64,000 nucleotides of DNA from Acidobacteriota bacterium (GCA_045862895.1 BTUO01000001.1:998890-1062889), one strand, 5' to 3'. Positions 39,054-49,208 are shown, counted from the first letter of the stretch. Made by a program: numbers and translations. Notes: a model not told the origin generated them from the letters alone.

Positions 39054-39252
39054 GATGAGCTCCTCCGCGAGCGGGCGGACGGCGTGCGTTGTCGGTCGCT
39101 CCCCGTGGGGTGCGATCCCTGGTCCTCGATGGGTGGCGCGGGTGGCGCCGGTCGTCGTCTTGCGAGTCAGGCTCGTCCAGAACATGAGACACCTCGTCGA
39201 ACACCGCAGGCATGCACCACCATGGTGCAGCCCTACAGGCGCGACGTGGCGC

Positions 39253-39624
39253 TCAGATCCGCAGGACGCAGCTTTGACTGAGGCAGTCGAGGGCGCGGGA
39301 AGGGCGGGCCTTGGCCGGCCAGGAGATCTCCGCTTCCAGAGACCCTCCCGGATCCGGCGCGTCGACGCTCGCGAGCGCAGGGGCGGCGGGCTTCTCGGCC
39401 ACCCGGGTCGGCGTAGCCGGTGCTTCGACCCGTTGCTCGCAGCACGGTGCCGTCAGGCTGGTATCGGCGGCCGGGCAGCAGTCGTGGCCGGCCTGCTCCG
39501 CTGGGGCTCCGCACTCGACCATCGGGCAGTCGGGCATACCGCACGGCGAGAGCGAGCTGGCCAGGGCCGGCAGCAGCAGCGCGATCGAAAGCGCGGATGC
39601 GAGAGTGCGGAAGAGACTTCTCAT
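39253..39624 (-). CDS. small secreted Cys-rich protein, paralog B
   Basis: MRSLFRTLASALSIALLLPALASS...CGMPDCPMVECGAPAEQAGHDCCPAADTSLTAPCCEQ...LDCLSQSCVLRI. The ATG is verified at 39622-39624. Confidence 0.5.
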   Translation of the reverse strand: MRSLFRTLASALSIALLLPALASSLSPCGMPDCPMVECGAPAEQAGHDCCPAADTSLTAPCCEQRVEAPATPTRVAEKPAAPALASVDAPDPGGSLEAEISWPAKARPSRALDCLSQSCVLRI

Positions 39625-39713
39625 CTCGTCGAGACGATACGAGCCGGTCAACCGGCCAGGCCATACCCGAAAAGGTGGGTGTCGCTGGACTACGCGGGTG
39701 GCTCCCGGCACGG

Positions 39714-40370
39714 CTACGCCCTGTCCGCCCGGTGGAGGGCCATGGTGCCGAGCGGCGTGGGGATCCGGCGGGTGACCCCGACCCCCTCGAATCCTGCCTG
39801 GCGGAAGGCGTCGGCCAGGCCACCGGCGAGCTGGGGCGACGTGTTCGCGAACCCGTCGAGCCACTGGACCGGGAGGAAGAGCAGCCGCTGCAGGCAGCTC
39901 GTCGGCGGGCCCCAGTCGGCGACGTGGAGCTGCCCGCCCGGTCGGAGGACCCGATGGAGCTCGCGAGCGGCCGAGACCTTGTCCTCGACCGCCAGGTGGT
40001 GGAAGAAGAGGGTCGAGACGGCCCGATCGAAGCTGGCGTCGGGATACGGCAGTCTTGTCGCTAGACCCAGCTGCCAGGTGATCTCGACGCCGGCTTGTGT
40101 CGCCTTCTGCTCCGCCTTGGCCAGGACCTCGGCATCGCCGTCGACGCCGAAGAGCTGGAGCCCCGGGCAGCGCCGCGCCATCTCGATTGCCAGGGTCCCC
40201 GTGCCGCAGCCAAGGTCGAGCACGCGTTGGCCGGGCCGCAGCCCCGCCTGCTCGATGGTCGCGACACGGAACGTCCGCTCCCGGGTGGTCGCGGCGACCA
40301 CGCCGTCGTAGAGCGGCGTCAGCCACCGGTAGCGGAGGGCGTGGACGTAGGAAACGTCTTCTCGCGCGGT
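39714..40370 (-). CDS. class I SAM-dependent methyltransferase
   Basis: Motif I VLDLGCGTGTLAIEMA and a typical post-I acidic residue (LFGVDGD). Confidence 0.7.
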   Translation of the reverse strand, partial: TAREDVSYVHALRYRWLTPLYDGVVAATTRERTFRVATIEQAGLRPGQRVLDLGCGTGTLAIEMARRCPGLQLFGVDGDAEVLAKAEQKATQAGVEITWQLGLATRLPYPDASFDRAVSTLFFHHLAVEDKVSAARELHRVLRPGGQLHVADWGPPTSCLQRLLFLPVQWLDGFANTSPQLAGGLADAFRQAGFEGVGVTRRIPTPLGTMALHRADRA

Positions 40371-40381
40371 CATGGCGCGCC

Positions 40382-40807
40382 TCAGCTCGATCGACCCGAC
40401 GACCAGTGGACGTGGACGATGAGCCAGCGCTCGCCTCGGCGCTCGAGAACGAGGGTCTCGGTGCCGCGGGACGCCACCGGTTTTCCGTTGGACTGGCCGC
40501 TCGACTCGGTGCGCGTCAGCACGATCGCGCGGTCCGCGCCGCCGAGGACCTTGCGGTCGACGACGCGCACGTCGATCTCCGCGAGGTAGGCGAGATCGCC
40601 GTCGAGGTGATGGCTCGCGTATTCCTCGCGCGACAGCTCGGCACCGCCATGCTCGAAGATCACGACCTCGGGCGCGAGGCAATCGAGCACCGCGACCCGG
40701 TCCCCGGACTCGAGAGCCTTGCCGAAGCGCGCCGCGGCCTCGACTGCCGCTTCTTCGCCGTACGCGGCCGGTGCCAGCGCGATCAGGAGGGTCGCCGCGA
40801 CGGCGAT
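40382..40807 (-). CDS. secreted SnoaL/NTF2-like fold protein
   Basis: Signal peptide MFIAVAATLLIALAPAAYG. Length and pattern are consistent with the DUF4440/SnoaL-like family. Weak call. Confidence 0.35.
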   Translation of the reverse strand: MAVAATLLIALAPAAYGEEAAVEAAARFGKALESGDRVAVLDCLAPEVVIFEHGGAELSREEYASHHLDGDLAYLAEIDVRVVDRKVLGGADRAIVLTRTESSGQSNGKPVASRGTETLVLERRGERWLIVHVHWSSGRSS

Positions 40808-40887
40808 AAACATCCAGCGCGTCCGTGGGCCGCGCGCGAGGTGATGCCTCGCGGTCTGGCCAGCAGCCGTCCCACCGATGGGCGACG

Positions 40888-41592
40888 TCATGACGGCTGC
40901 CGCCCGGCGAGCATCGCCCGGTGCGCGGCGAGGTTCGCCTCGCTCTCGAAGTAGACGACCGCGCCGGTGGGGAGCACGCCGATCACGGCCACCGCCTTGT
41001 CGACCATGCGTCCACTCACCGGGTCCATCGCCTGGCGCGCTTCGGCGTCGGTCGCGAGGCGCTCCTTGCACATCGGGCAGCAGCCGAAGTAGGTCTTGCC
41101 GCCGACTTCGACCGGAATCTGCGGGCTGTCGAAGAGCGAGTTGTTGACCATGCAGACGAAGCGCGGATCAACCTGGCGCAGGGCCGCGGCCTCGTCGGCC
41201 GCGATCGGCGCGCCCGCCGAGGTCGGGACCGGCATCGCCGCCATTCCCCCGCCGTGGCTGCCGTGCCCCTCGTGGCCCTCGTGCTCGGACTTGGCGAGCT
41301 TCACTTCGATCGCCACGTTCTTGCCGTCCTTGGCCTCGTACATCACGACCGCGCGCGCGCCGACCGCGACGTCATCGCGCCGGGCCGCGGCGTCGCCGCG
41401 CTTGTAGGACGTCGCGTCGGTGAGCACGAACGTCTCGAGCTTCCCGTCCTTCGTTTCGAGCTGGAGCTCCGCCGCCCCGACGGCGCGCACGGTGCCCATG
41501 GCGTTATGGTGGTGTCCTTCGTGCGCGACGGCGGGGGCCCCGACGAGCGCCACGGCGGCGGCGAGTGTCCAACCGAGGGTGCTGCGGTTCAT
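40888..41592 (-). CDS. periplasmic His-rich YHS-domain copper-binding protein
   Basis: Signal peptide; HEGHHHN and HEGHEGHGSHGGG tracts; C-terminal YHS/TRASH-like KTYFGCCPMCKERL. Confidence 0.55.
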   Translation of the reverse strand: MNRSTLGWTLAAAVALVGAPAVAHEGHHHNAMGTVRAVGAAELQLETKDGKLETFVLTDATSYKRGDAAARRDDVAVGARAVVMYEAKDGKNVAIEVKLAKSEHEGHEGHGSHGGGMAAMPVPTSAGAPIAADEAAALRQVDPRFVCMVNNSLFDSPQIPVEVGGKTYFGCCPMCKERLATDAEARQAMDPVSGRMVDKAVAVIGVLPTGAVVYFESEANLAAHRAMLAGRQPS

Positions 41593-41641
41593 TCTCATTT
41601 CGACTTCTCCTTGTCTGGCTTTGGTCTACGGTCGGTTGCGG

Positions 41642-42253
41642 TCAGTGGTGAGGCGCGGTCGGAGGGGAGGAAGCGTCGTCGCCGGCAAGGAAGCGCTCCA
41701 TCTCGAGCTCCTGCTCCAGCTCGGCCCGCGAGATCGGGTTGTGACGCTTCATTTCGGCGAGCTCCGCTTCGGTGAGCGCGGGGAGCAGGCGAATGAGTTG
41801 CACGAGCTCCCAGGTCTCGGCGTCGTCCTCGGGCGAAGCGGTGCCCCAGGCCGGCATGCCGGTCAGCTTGATGCCGTTCTCGATGATCCAGAAGAGCTCG
41901 CCGTCGCTGAGCTCCTGGGTCGCGGGCGCCGTCATGTCCGGCGCCCGTGGGTAGAGGTTGCGGCCCATCTTGGTGTCGCCCTTGCCGTCGTTGCCGTGGC
42001 AGGACGCGCAATGGTCTGCCCAGTGGGTGCGGGCCGAGCGCAGCCCTTCGGGCGTCGGCAGGAGCGGGTTCCGTGCCCGCGCCGTGCTGGCGGGAATCAG
42101 CAGGCCGCGAGCGGCTCTCGCCATCACGACTTCGGCGCGGGGTGGATCTTTGCGCGCCGAGATCCCGGTGAGCGCGAACCCGATCGCAGCGACGGACGCC
42201 ACTCCGCCGACCACGGCGAAGAGGCGGACGATCCACTTACCCACCGTGCTCAT
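41642..42253 (-). CDS. membrane-anchored c-type cytochrome
   Basis: TM anchor, then the haem-binding motif CASCHG. Confidence 0.7.
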   Translation of the reverse strand: MSTVGKWIVRLFAVVGGVASVAAIGFALTGISARKDPPRAEVVMARAARGLLIPASTARARNPLLPTPEGLRSARTHWADHCASCHGNDGKGDTKMGRNLYPRAPDMTAPATQELSDGELFWIIENGIKLTGMPAWGTASPEDDAETWELVQLIRLLPALTEAELAEMKRHNPISRAELEQELEMERFLAGDDASSPPTAPHH

Positions 42254-43601
42254 GGCTCGGCTCCTTTTCCGGCGCCGCCGGGTCGACCCGCCACGACACC
42301 GTGCCCGGCGGGTAGTCGTACCAGCCCGGATCCTCGTAGCTGGTGATCCCTTCGCGGATCTTCAGCACCGTGAACATGCCGCCCATCTCGATCGGTCCGA
42401 ACGGCCCCGTGCCGGTCATCATCGGCAGCGTGTTGGGCAGGCCGGGCATGTGCTCGCTGTGCGCCGCGTGCTCGGCCATGCCGGAGGAGCCCATCGCCAT
42501 GTAGCCCTCTACCAGGCGCGAGATCTCACGCGAGACGCCCTGCTGATCGACGCCGATCATGTTCGGGATGTCGTGGCCCATCGCGTTCATCGTGTGGTGC
42601 GTCTTGTGGCAGTGGAGCGCCCAGTCGCCGGGGTTGTCGGCGACGAACTCGAAGGCGCGGGTGGTGCCCGGCATGACGTTGATCGTCGTCTCCGGCCACC
42701 AGGCCGAGCGCGGGATCTGGCCGCCGTCGGTCTCCGTGACCCACATCTGGTGACCGTGGAGGTGGATCGGGTGGCTCGTCATGCTGATGTTGGCGAGCCG
42801 GATGCGGGTCCGATCGCCGAGCCGGCAGACCAGCGCGTCGGTGCCGGGGAACGCCTTGCCGTTGAAGGTGAAGAGATTGAAGTCGAGCATCACGGACGGG
42901 TCGGGCGTCTTCGTTCCCGGTCGAATGAAGAACATGTGCGGGAAGATGCAAAAGTCGCGGTCGATCTGCCGCTCGGGGCGCTTCGGGTGGATGATGAAGA
43001 AGCCCATCATCCCCATCGCCATCTGGACCATCTCGTCGGCGTGCGGGTGGTACATGTGCGTCCCGTGCTGTCGCAGCGTGAACTCGTAGACGTAGGTCTC
43101 GCCCGGTTGGATCTGCGGCTGGTTCAACCCGCCGACGCCGTCCATGCCCGCCGGCAGCAGGATGCCGTGCCAGTGGATCGTGGTGTGTTCCGGCAGCCGG
43201 TTCTCGACGAACAGGCGGACGCGATCGCCCTCGACCGCCTCGATCGTGGGGCCCGGCGACGTGCCGTTGTAGCCCCAGGCGTTGACCTTCATGCCGGGCG
43301 CGAACTCGACCTCGACGGGCTCGGCAACGAGATGGAACTCCTTCACTCCGCCATTCATGCGGAAGGGGAGGGTCGGTACGTTTGGCGTTATGACCGGTGT
43401 ATAGGGCAGGCCGCGCGCGGCGCGTCTCGCCGCCGGAGCGGGGGGCGGCGTCGCGGGCGGATCGGCGGGCTGGCCGTGCCCCGCGTGCGGAGACTGAGCG
43501 AGGGCCTCGCCTCCGCCCAGGGAGAGGCGGGCGCGATCGAGCAGGGCCGCGCCCGCCGCGAGCAGGGCGGCACGAGAGAGCCAGGTGCGGCGCGAAATCA
43601 T
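42237..43601 (-). CDS. multicopper oxidase (CueO/CopA/CuoB-like), Tat-secreted
   Basis: Tat motif SRRTWLSRAALLAAGA. Copper ligands HWHG, HPHADEMVQMAMGMMG, HPIHLHGH and HCHKTHHTMNAM. Confidence 0.85.
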   Translation of the reverse strand: MISRRTWLSRAALLAAGAALLDRARLSLGGGEALAQSPHAGHGQPADPPATPPPAPAARRAARGLPYTPVITPNVPTLPFRMNGGVKEFHLVAEPVEVEFAPGMKVNAWGYNGTSPGPTIEAVEGDRVRLFVENRLPEHTTIHWHGILLPAGMDGVGGLNQPQIQPGETYVYEFTLRQHGTHMYHPHADEMVQMAMGMMGFFIIHPKRPERQIDRDFCIFPHMFFIRPGTKTPDPSVMLDFNLFTFNGKAFPGTDALVCRLGDRTRIRLANISMTSHPIHLHGHQMWVTETDGGQIPRSAWWPETTINVMPGTTRAFEFVADNPGDWALHCHKTHHTMNAMGHDIPNMIGVDQQGVSREISRLVEGYMAMGSSGMAEHAAHSEHMPGLPNTLPMMTGTGPFGPIEMGGMFTVLKIREGITSYEDPGWYDYPPGTVSWRVDPAAPEKEPSHEHGG

Positions 43602-45037
43602 CGGTTGCCTCCGGTCGAGGGGTGCTTGTGCTCAGCGATTGGGGCCGGCGAGCCGTCTCCTGGCGGTGCCAGGGCGGACGTTGCCCTCTCGGCGAGCGCG
43701 CCGCCGACGGCGCGCTCGAGCCGTGCGCGAGCGATCCAGTAGTCGCGGCGCGCGGCGGTCGCCGCTTGTTCGGCTTCGGTCTCCTCGCGGCGCGCGAGCA
43801 GGAGGTCGTAGACGCCGAGCAGCATCATGTTGTAGTGCAGAAGGGTCTGCTCGAGGACTTCCCGGCGCTTCGGCAGTAGGGTCCCCTCGTGCGCTTCTAC
43901 GAGTGCCCGGGCGCCGATCAGGCGATCCCTCGCCAGCCGGACCTCGGAGCGGATCTCGATGGCGAGCTGTTCGAGCAGGCGCTGCGCTCGCCGCTGCTCG
44001 GCCTCGAGGCGAGCGATCGAGGCTGCCCCGGTGTCGAAGATGGGCAGTGCGATCGCGAGCTGCGGCCCGCGCAGCCGCGTCCCGTCGGTGTCCTTCTCCT
44101 GGTTGAGGCCGACCTCGATGCCGACCGGGAAGTAGCGCGTGCCGCGCTTGAGCGCGAGGGCGCGGCCGACGAGGTCGACGCCGAAGCGTGCCGCGCCGAG
44201 GTCGAGCCGCTGTTCGATCGCGCGGCGCTCGAGCCCGGCCGAATCGGGATCCGCGGCCGGCAGGGGCGGCAGGTGGCGCGCCGCCGTCCATTCGGTCGCC
44301 GCCCCAGAGAGGCCGAGGAGCACGTTCAGCCGCTCCCGCGCCTCGCCTTCGTCGAGCTCTGCCCGGGTGAGATCCACCAGCGCCTGGGCGTCGGCGGCCT
44401 CGAACAGCGCGATCTCGCGCACCTCGAGGTTTCCGGCGTCGCGCTGCCGGCGCGCCAGCTCGGCCGCCGCCGCCGTCAGGTCGCGCACGGTCGTCGCGCG
44501 GTCGGATGTCTCCTCGGCGGCGACGAGCTCGAAGAACGCGACGCGCGTTTCGGCGACAAGGTCGAGCATCGTCTGGCCGAGGCGGAGCTTCGCGGCCTCG
44601 AGCTCGACCGCGGCCAGTCGCTTGCGGGCTGGCTGCACGAGAATGTCGAGGATGTCCTGCACTATTTCGACCTCGATGTTCGTGCCCGATCCCTCGCTCG
44701 GCGTCCGGCGGAAGGCAGACAGACCGGGATTGGCCAGCCGGGTTGCTTGCGCGTAGTCGGCGCGGGCGATGCCCAGCTCCTCGATCTCGGCGAGCAGCTC
44801 ACGGTTGCGGAGCAGGGCGATCTGCGCCGCGGAGCGATCATCGAGCGGGTCGGCCAGCAGGCGCGCGGCGGCCTGCTCGGCGGCGTCCTCTTCGGTCTCC
44901 GTGCGAGCCCACGACGCCTGGGCGCCGGACCTTTCGTTGACGGTCTCGGCGACGCTGTCGAACGTCGGCCGCGGATCGACCGAGGCGCAGCCGGCGAAAA
45001 GCAGGAGACCGAGGGGGGCGAGAGCGGCGCGGGTCAT
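43598..45037 (-). CDS. TolC-family outer membrane efflux lipoprotein
   Basis: Lipobox LLLFAGCAS and the two-repeat coiled OEP pattern. Confidence 0.65.
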   Translation of the reverse strand: MTRAALAPLGLLLFAGCASVDPRPTFDSVAETVNERSGAQASWARTETEEDAAEQAAARLLADPLDDRSAAQIALLRNRELLAEIEELGIARADYAQATRLANPGLSAFRRTPSEGSGTNIEVEIVQDILDILVQPARKRLAAVELEAAKLRLGQTMLDLVAETRVAFFELVAAEETSDRATTVRDLTAAAAELARRQRDAGNLEVREIALFEAADAQALVDLTRAELDEGEARERLNVLLGLSGAATEWTAARHLPPLPAADPDSAGLERRAIEQRLDLGAARFGVDLVGRALALKRGTRYFPVGIEVGLNQEKDTDGTRLRGPQLAIALPIFDTGAASIARLEAEQRRAQRLLEQLAIEIRSEVRLARDRLIGARALVEAHEGTLLPKRREVLEQTLLHYNMMLLGVYDLLLARREETEAEQAATAARRDYWIARARLERAVGGALAERATSALAPPGDGSPAPIAEHKHPSTGGNR

Positions 45038-45453
45038 GGCGCGCCGTGCTCCTTCTCGACCGGGACGAGCGCCATCCCGCACTTCGGGCAGGCTCCAGGT
45101 TCGGAGGAGCGCACCTCGGGGTGCATCGGGCAGGTGTAGGCGACCGCCTGGGACTCAGCGCCGGGTGCGGATTCGTGATGCTCATGCCCGGATGGCGCCG
45201 CCTCGGGCGCTTCCGAGTTGGCCGTGGCGCGCGGCGGTACGTACGGCGACCGGGGAGATTCGGCGGCGTCAGGGTTCGCCGGATTCTGGGCGCGACCCGC
45301 CGTGGGTGGCGGGGTGACGGTGCATCCGGCGAGCAGCAGCAGCGACGCCAAGGCGAAAACGGGGGCGGTCGGCACGGGGCGGCCTCCTCGATCGTGGAGT
45401 GCGGAGCAACCCCACCGGCAGCGCCGGCGGGGCACGGAGACAACTGTCGCCAC
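45034..45453 (-). CDS. lipoprotein with CusB-N-terminal-like CPMHPE...CPKCGM metal-binding domain
   Basis: Lipobox [39 protein letters not shown]. The start codon is uncertain (probably an internal GTG). Confidence 0.45.
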   Translation of the reverse strand: MATVVSVPRRRCRWGCSALHDRGGRPVPTAPVFALASLLLLAGCTVTPPPTAGRAQNPANPDAAESPRSPYVPPRATANSEAPEAAPSGHEHHESAPGAESQAVAYTCPMHPEVRSSEPGACPKCGMALVPVEKEHGAP

Positions 45454-45482
45454 GCCCTACGAGGGCGCGGCGACGCTCCGTC

Positions 45483-45905
45483 TCACACGCGAAGCGGCAG
45501 GACGAACGCGGGGGGGGGTGCGTGCGGTGGCGAGGCCGCCACCAGCCAAGGTGGAGCCGGCGTGAGGCTGGCCAGGTCGAGCGCGGGGGAGCGCGTGGCG
45601 AAGGCGCTGGCGGCGGCGAGCAGGCTCGCTCCGCGCTGCGCCTCCGGTGCTCGCGCCTCGAGTGTCCCCGGGGGGAGCCGGGGATCGCCGGCGCAGCAGC
45701 AGTCGCTGCTCCAGGCCCCGTCGGGGCTCGGCTGCGCAGGCGCCTCGACCGACTCGTGGCATTCGCCTGCCACATCGGTTGCGTGCGTGGCCCGCGGCAT
45801 GGGCATCTCGCAGATGCAGAAGCCGAGGGCCAGCGCCGCGATCGCTGCGAGGGCGGTCGTTGCCGCGAGGCGGCGTACGGTGGGCGAGGCGGCGAACAAG
45901 CTCAT
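45483..45905 (-). CDS. putative secreted Cys-rich protein (CICEMPMP...ECHE...DCCCAGD)
   Basis: Signal-like N-terminus and a Cys cluster reminiscent of the small Cys-rich paralogs. Weak evidence only. Confidence 0.25.
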   Translation of the reverse strand: MSLFAASPTVRRLAATTALAAIAALALGFCICEMPMPRATHATDVAGECHESVEAPAQPSPDGAWSSDCCCAGDPRLPPGTLEARAPEAQRGASLLAAASAFATRSPALDLASLTPAPPWLVAASPPHAPPPAFVLPLRV

Positions 45906-45940
45906 GCCGGCGCAGAGTCTGAGCCCGGGGGCGCCGCTTG

Positions 45941-48583
45941 TCAATTCGACCCTGACGAAACCGAGGGGCCGCTCGCCGGGCTCGCAGGCGGCGCTCCGAG
46001 CGCTCCGCCGCCGACTTCGACGCGGAAGGCGCGCAGACGCAGCGCGTTGGCGATGACCGACACGGAGCTCAGGCTCATCGCAGCAGCCGCCAGCATGGGC
46101 GACAGTAGCCAGCCGGTGAAGGGATAGAGCAGCCCGGCCGCGATGGGCACTCCGGCGGCGTTGTAGGCGAAGGCCCAGAAGAGGTTCTGCCGGATGTTGC
46201 GCATCGTGGCGCGCGAGAGCTTGCGGGCGCGGGCGATGCCCCGCAGATCGCCGCGCACCAGCGTCACGCCTGCGCTCTCCATCGCGACGTCGGTGCCGGT
46301 GCCCATCGCGATGCCGACCTCGGCGCGGGCGAGCGCGGGGGCGTCGTTGATGCCGTCTCCGGCCATGGCGACGAAGCGACCTTCGGCCTGGAGCCGCTCG
46401 ACCTCGCGCACCTTCTGGTCGGGAAGTACCTCGGCGACGATCGTGTCGATGCCGAGGGTCCTACCCACCGCCTCCGCCGTCTTTCGGCTGTCGCCGGTCA
46501 GCATGACGATGCGGATCCCTTCGCCGTGCAGGGAGCGAAGTGCCTCGACCGTCGTGGCCTTGATCGGGTCCGCGACCCCCAACAGGCCGGCGAGGCGGTC
46601 TCCAACCGAGAGGTACATCACCGTCTGGGCTTCGCCCCGGAGTCGTTCCGCCTCGTCACGAAGCGAGGTGACGTCGACGCCGCTTTCCTCCATGAGCTTG
46701 AGGTTGCCCAGCGCGACACGCTTGCCGGCGACGAGCCCGGCCACGCCCTTGCCAGTCAGTGACTCGAAATCGACGACCTCGGCGGCCTCCAGACCGCGTT
46801 CACTCGCTCCCGCGAGGATCGCCGCCGCCAGCGGATGCTCGCTGCCGCGCTCGATCGCCGCCGCGAGCCGCAGGACCTCGTTCTCGTCGAATCCGGTTGC
46901 CGGTCGCAGGGTGACGAGCCTGGGCTTGCCCTCGGTGAGGGTGCCGGTCTTGTCGACCACCAGCGTGTCGACCTTGCGCAACAGCTCGATCGCTTCGGCG
47001 TTACGGAACAGGACCCCCATCGAGGCCGCCTTGCCCGTCGCCACCATGATCGACATCGGCGTCGCGAGCCCGAGAGCGCACGGGCAGGCGATGATGAGCA
47101 CGGCGACCGCATTCACCAGGGCGTGGGCCAGACGTGGCTCAGGTCCCAGAACCGCCCACGCCGCGAAGGTCAGGGCCGCGATCGCCAGGACGGCGAGGAC
47201 GAACCAGCCGGAGATCTGGTCGGCGAGCTTCTGGATCGGCGCGCGGCTGCGCTGCGCCGCGGCGACCATGGCGACGATTCGCGCGAGCAGGGTCTCGGAG
47301 CCGACCTTCTCGGCGCGCATGACGAAGCCGCCGGCGCCGTTGATTGTGGCGCCGACGACAGGGTCGCCAGGTCCCTTCGAGACCGGCATCGGCTCGCCCG
47401 AGACCATCGACTCGTCGATCGCGCTGGTGCCCTCGAGCACGACGCCGTCGACCGGAACCTTCTCTCCGGGGCGAACGCGCAACCGGTCGCCTACCGCGAC
47501 GAGCTCGAGCGCCACGTCCTCTTCGACGCCATCCTCGCGCAGCCGGCGGGCGCTCTTGGCTGCGAGTCCCAGCAGCTTGCGGATCGCCGCGCCGGTCGCG
47601 CCCCGTGCCTTGAGCTCGAGCACCTGCCCGAGCAGGACGAGCGCCGTGATCACCGCCGCCGCCTCGAAGTAGACGGGTACGTGGCCGTTGGCGTCGCGGA
47701 AGGTCGCCGGGAAGATCCCGGGCACCAGGGTCGCCACCAGGCTGAAGCCGAATGCCACGCCGACGCCGAGACCGATCAGCGTGAACATGTTGAGGCTGCG
47801 GTGGCGCACCGAGGCCACCGCGCGTTCGTAGAACGGCCAGGCGGCCCAGGTACAGACGGGGATCGCCAAGAGCATCTCGAGCCAGAGCCGGGTCGATGCC
47901 GACAGGGTGCTCGCGACCGGCGTGCCCGGGAGGAAGGCGTCGCCCATGACCAGCACGAGCGTGCCCAGGGCGAGCGGCACGGAGACCCAGAAGCGGCGCC
48001 GCATGTCGAGGTACTCCGCGCTCGGCCCCTCCTCGAGCGTGGCTACGCGCGGCTCGAGCGCCATGCCGCAGATCGGGCAGCTGCCCGGCGCGTCGCGCAC
48101 GATCTCCGGGTGCATCGGGCAGGTCCACTCGGTCCTGGTGGCGAGCGGCGCCGGCATCACCGGCTCCAGGGCCATGCCGCACTTCGGGCAGGCTCCGGGC
48201 CGGTCGCTTTCGACCTCGGGGTGCATGGGGCAAGTCCACTTCGTGCCGCCCGGCGAGGCTTCCGCCGGTGCGGCCTTGGGTTGCGGGGCGTCGCCGGAAC
48301 CGGCAGGCTGCAGGTGAGGCTCGGTCGCTGCCTTTGCCGAGGTCGTCGCCGCCGGCTTCCCCGCGAGCGGGTAGCGCGTCGGATCGGCGTCGAACTTCGC
48401 CTTGCAACCCGCCGAGCAGAAGTGGACGACCTCGCCACCGCGCTCGGAACGGTGCTTCGAGGTCGCGGGATCCACCGTCATGCCGCAAACCGGGTCCAGG
48501 GCGCCCGTGGCGGTCGGCTGCGTGGTCGTCGAATGCGTCGGGTGAGAATGCTCGTGGCGGTTGGGGTCGTCGTGTGCGCTCAT
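45941..48583 (-). CDS. copA: Cu(I)/Ag(I)-translocating P1B-type ATPase with N-terminal YHS domain and two CPMHPE/CPxCGM metal-binding modules
   Basis: YHS motif CGMTVDP...HFCSAGC. Modules [21 protein letters not shown] and [21 protein letters not shown]. Transport motif CPC ([14 protein letters not shown]), phosphorylation site DKTGTLT, and a C-terminal [10 protein letters not shown]. The alternative-frame and antisense ORFs across this region are rejected. Confidence 0.9.
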   Translation of the reverse strand: MSAHDDPNRHEHSHPTHSTTTQPTATGALDPVCGMTVDPATSKHRSERGGEVVHFCSAGCKAKFDADPTRYPLAGKPAATTSAKAATEPHLQPAGSGDAPQPKAAPAEASPGGTKWTCPMHPEVESDRPGACPKCGMALEPVMPAPLATRTEWTCPMHPEIVRDAPGSCPICGMALEPRVATLEEGPSAEYLDMRRRFWVSVPLALGTLVLVMGDAFLPGTPVASTLSASTRLWLEMLLAIPVCTWAAWPFYERAVASVRHRSLNMFTLIGLGVGVAFGFSLVATLVPGIFPATFRDANGHVPVYFEAAAVITALVLLGQVLELKARGATGAAIRKLLGLAAKSARRLREDGVEEDVALELVAVGDRLRVRPGEKVPVDGVVLEGTSAIDESMVSGEPMPVSKGPGDPVVGATINGAGGFVMRAEKVGSETLLARIVAMVAAAQRSRAPIQKLADQISGWFVLAVLAIAALTFAAWAVLGPEPRLAHALVNAVAVLIIACPCALGLATPMSIMVATGKAASMGVLFRNAEAIELLRKVDTLVVDKTGTLTEGKPRLVTLRPATGFDENEVLRLAAAIERGSEHPLAAAILAGASERGLEAAEVVDFESLTGKGVAGLVAGKRVALGNLKLMEESGVDVTSLRDEAERLRGEAQTVMYLSVGDRLAGLLGVADPIKATTVEALRSLHGEGIRIVMLTGDSRKTAEAVGRTLGIDTIVAEVLPDQKVREVERLQAEGRFVAMAGDGINDAPALARAEVGIAMGTGTDVAMESAGVTLVRGDLRGIARARKLSRATMRNIRQNLFWAFAYNAAGVPIAAGLLYPFTGWLLSPMLAAAAMSLSSVSVIANALRLRAFRVEVGGGALGAPPASPASGPSVSSGSN

Positions 48584-48620
48584 GGCTTCGATCTTCCCTC
48601 CTCGACTGAAGCAGACGGTC

Positions 48621-49208
48621 CTAGCGCGAAACCCTTACACCGCAACTGCAGTCGAGACAGCCGTGGTCGGCGCAGGTGCGGCAAGAGCGTTGGAGATCGG
48701 CCCGCAGCGCCGTGCGCGCCCGGTGGAGCCGGACCATGGCGTTGTTGGCGGTGAGGCCCGCCCCGCGGGCGAAATCGGCCGGCCGGCTTCCTTCGAGGTC
48801 GACCCGGCGCAGGATCTCGCTGTATTCCGGACGGAGCGCCGGGAGCAGCGCCTCGAAGCAGTGGCAGAGGGCGGCCTCGATCTCCGGCGGCGGCTCGCTC
48901 GCGTCCCCGAGCTCGCGCGCCAGCGCTTCGAGGCCACGCGCCTCCGCGCCGCGTCGGCGATAGTGGTCGACCACCGCGTTTCGCAGCAGCCGGTAGAACC
49001 AGGCCACCGCCCGCTCCTCATCGCGAATCTCTCCCGCCTGCTCGAGTCCGCGCACGAACGCCTCCTGCAGGATCTCCTCCGCGGCAGCCCGACTCTCGAC
49101 TCGGCGCTCGAGAAACGCGAGGAACCGCCGGTGATTCTCGACCCAGGCGGCGACGACCGCGGGCTGGGGTAGTTCCGGCGCTGGCTGCTCGTGTTCGAGA
49201 CTCTCCAT
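48621..49208 (-). CDS. ECF sigma factor with C-terminal Cys-rich extension (CorE-like, copper-responsive type)
   Basis: Sigma-70 region 2 and 4 patterns ([12 protein letters not shown]..., ...[35 protein letters not shown]), then the tail [15 protein letters not shown]. Start chosen at MESLEHEQ. It sits directly upstream of copA and the multicopper oxidase, as does CorE in Myxococcus xanthus. Confidence 0.65.
   Translation of the reverse strand: MESLEHEQPAPELPQPAVVAAWVENHRRFLAFLERRVESRAAAEEILQEAFVRGLEQAGEIRDEERAVAWFYRLLRNAVVDHYRRRGAEARGLEALARELGDASEPPPEIEAALCHCFEALLPALRPEYSEILRRVDLEGSRPADFARGAGLTANNAMVRLHRARTALRADLQRSCRTCADHGCLDCSCGVRVSR

Noticed and set aside
38281-39213. 310-aa minus-strand ORF (Arg-rich) spanning the lipoprotein and secreted-protein genes
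   Set aside because: It is in an alternative frame to two signal-peptide-bearing ORFs on the same strand, with about 30% Arg/Pro content.
46194-48754. Plus-strand ORFs 46194-47672 and 46835-48754, and minus-strand ORF 47139-48488, overlapping copA
   Set aside because: The frame 45941-48583 on the minus strand contains every P1B-ATPase signature ([16 protein letters not shown]). The others are Ser/Arg/Pro-rich artefacts.
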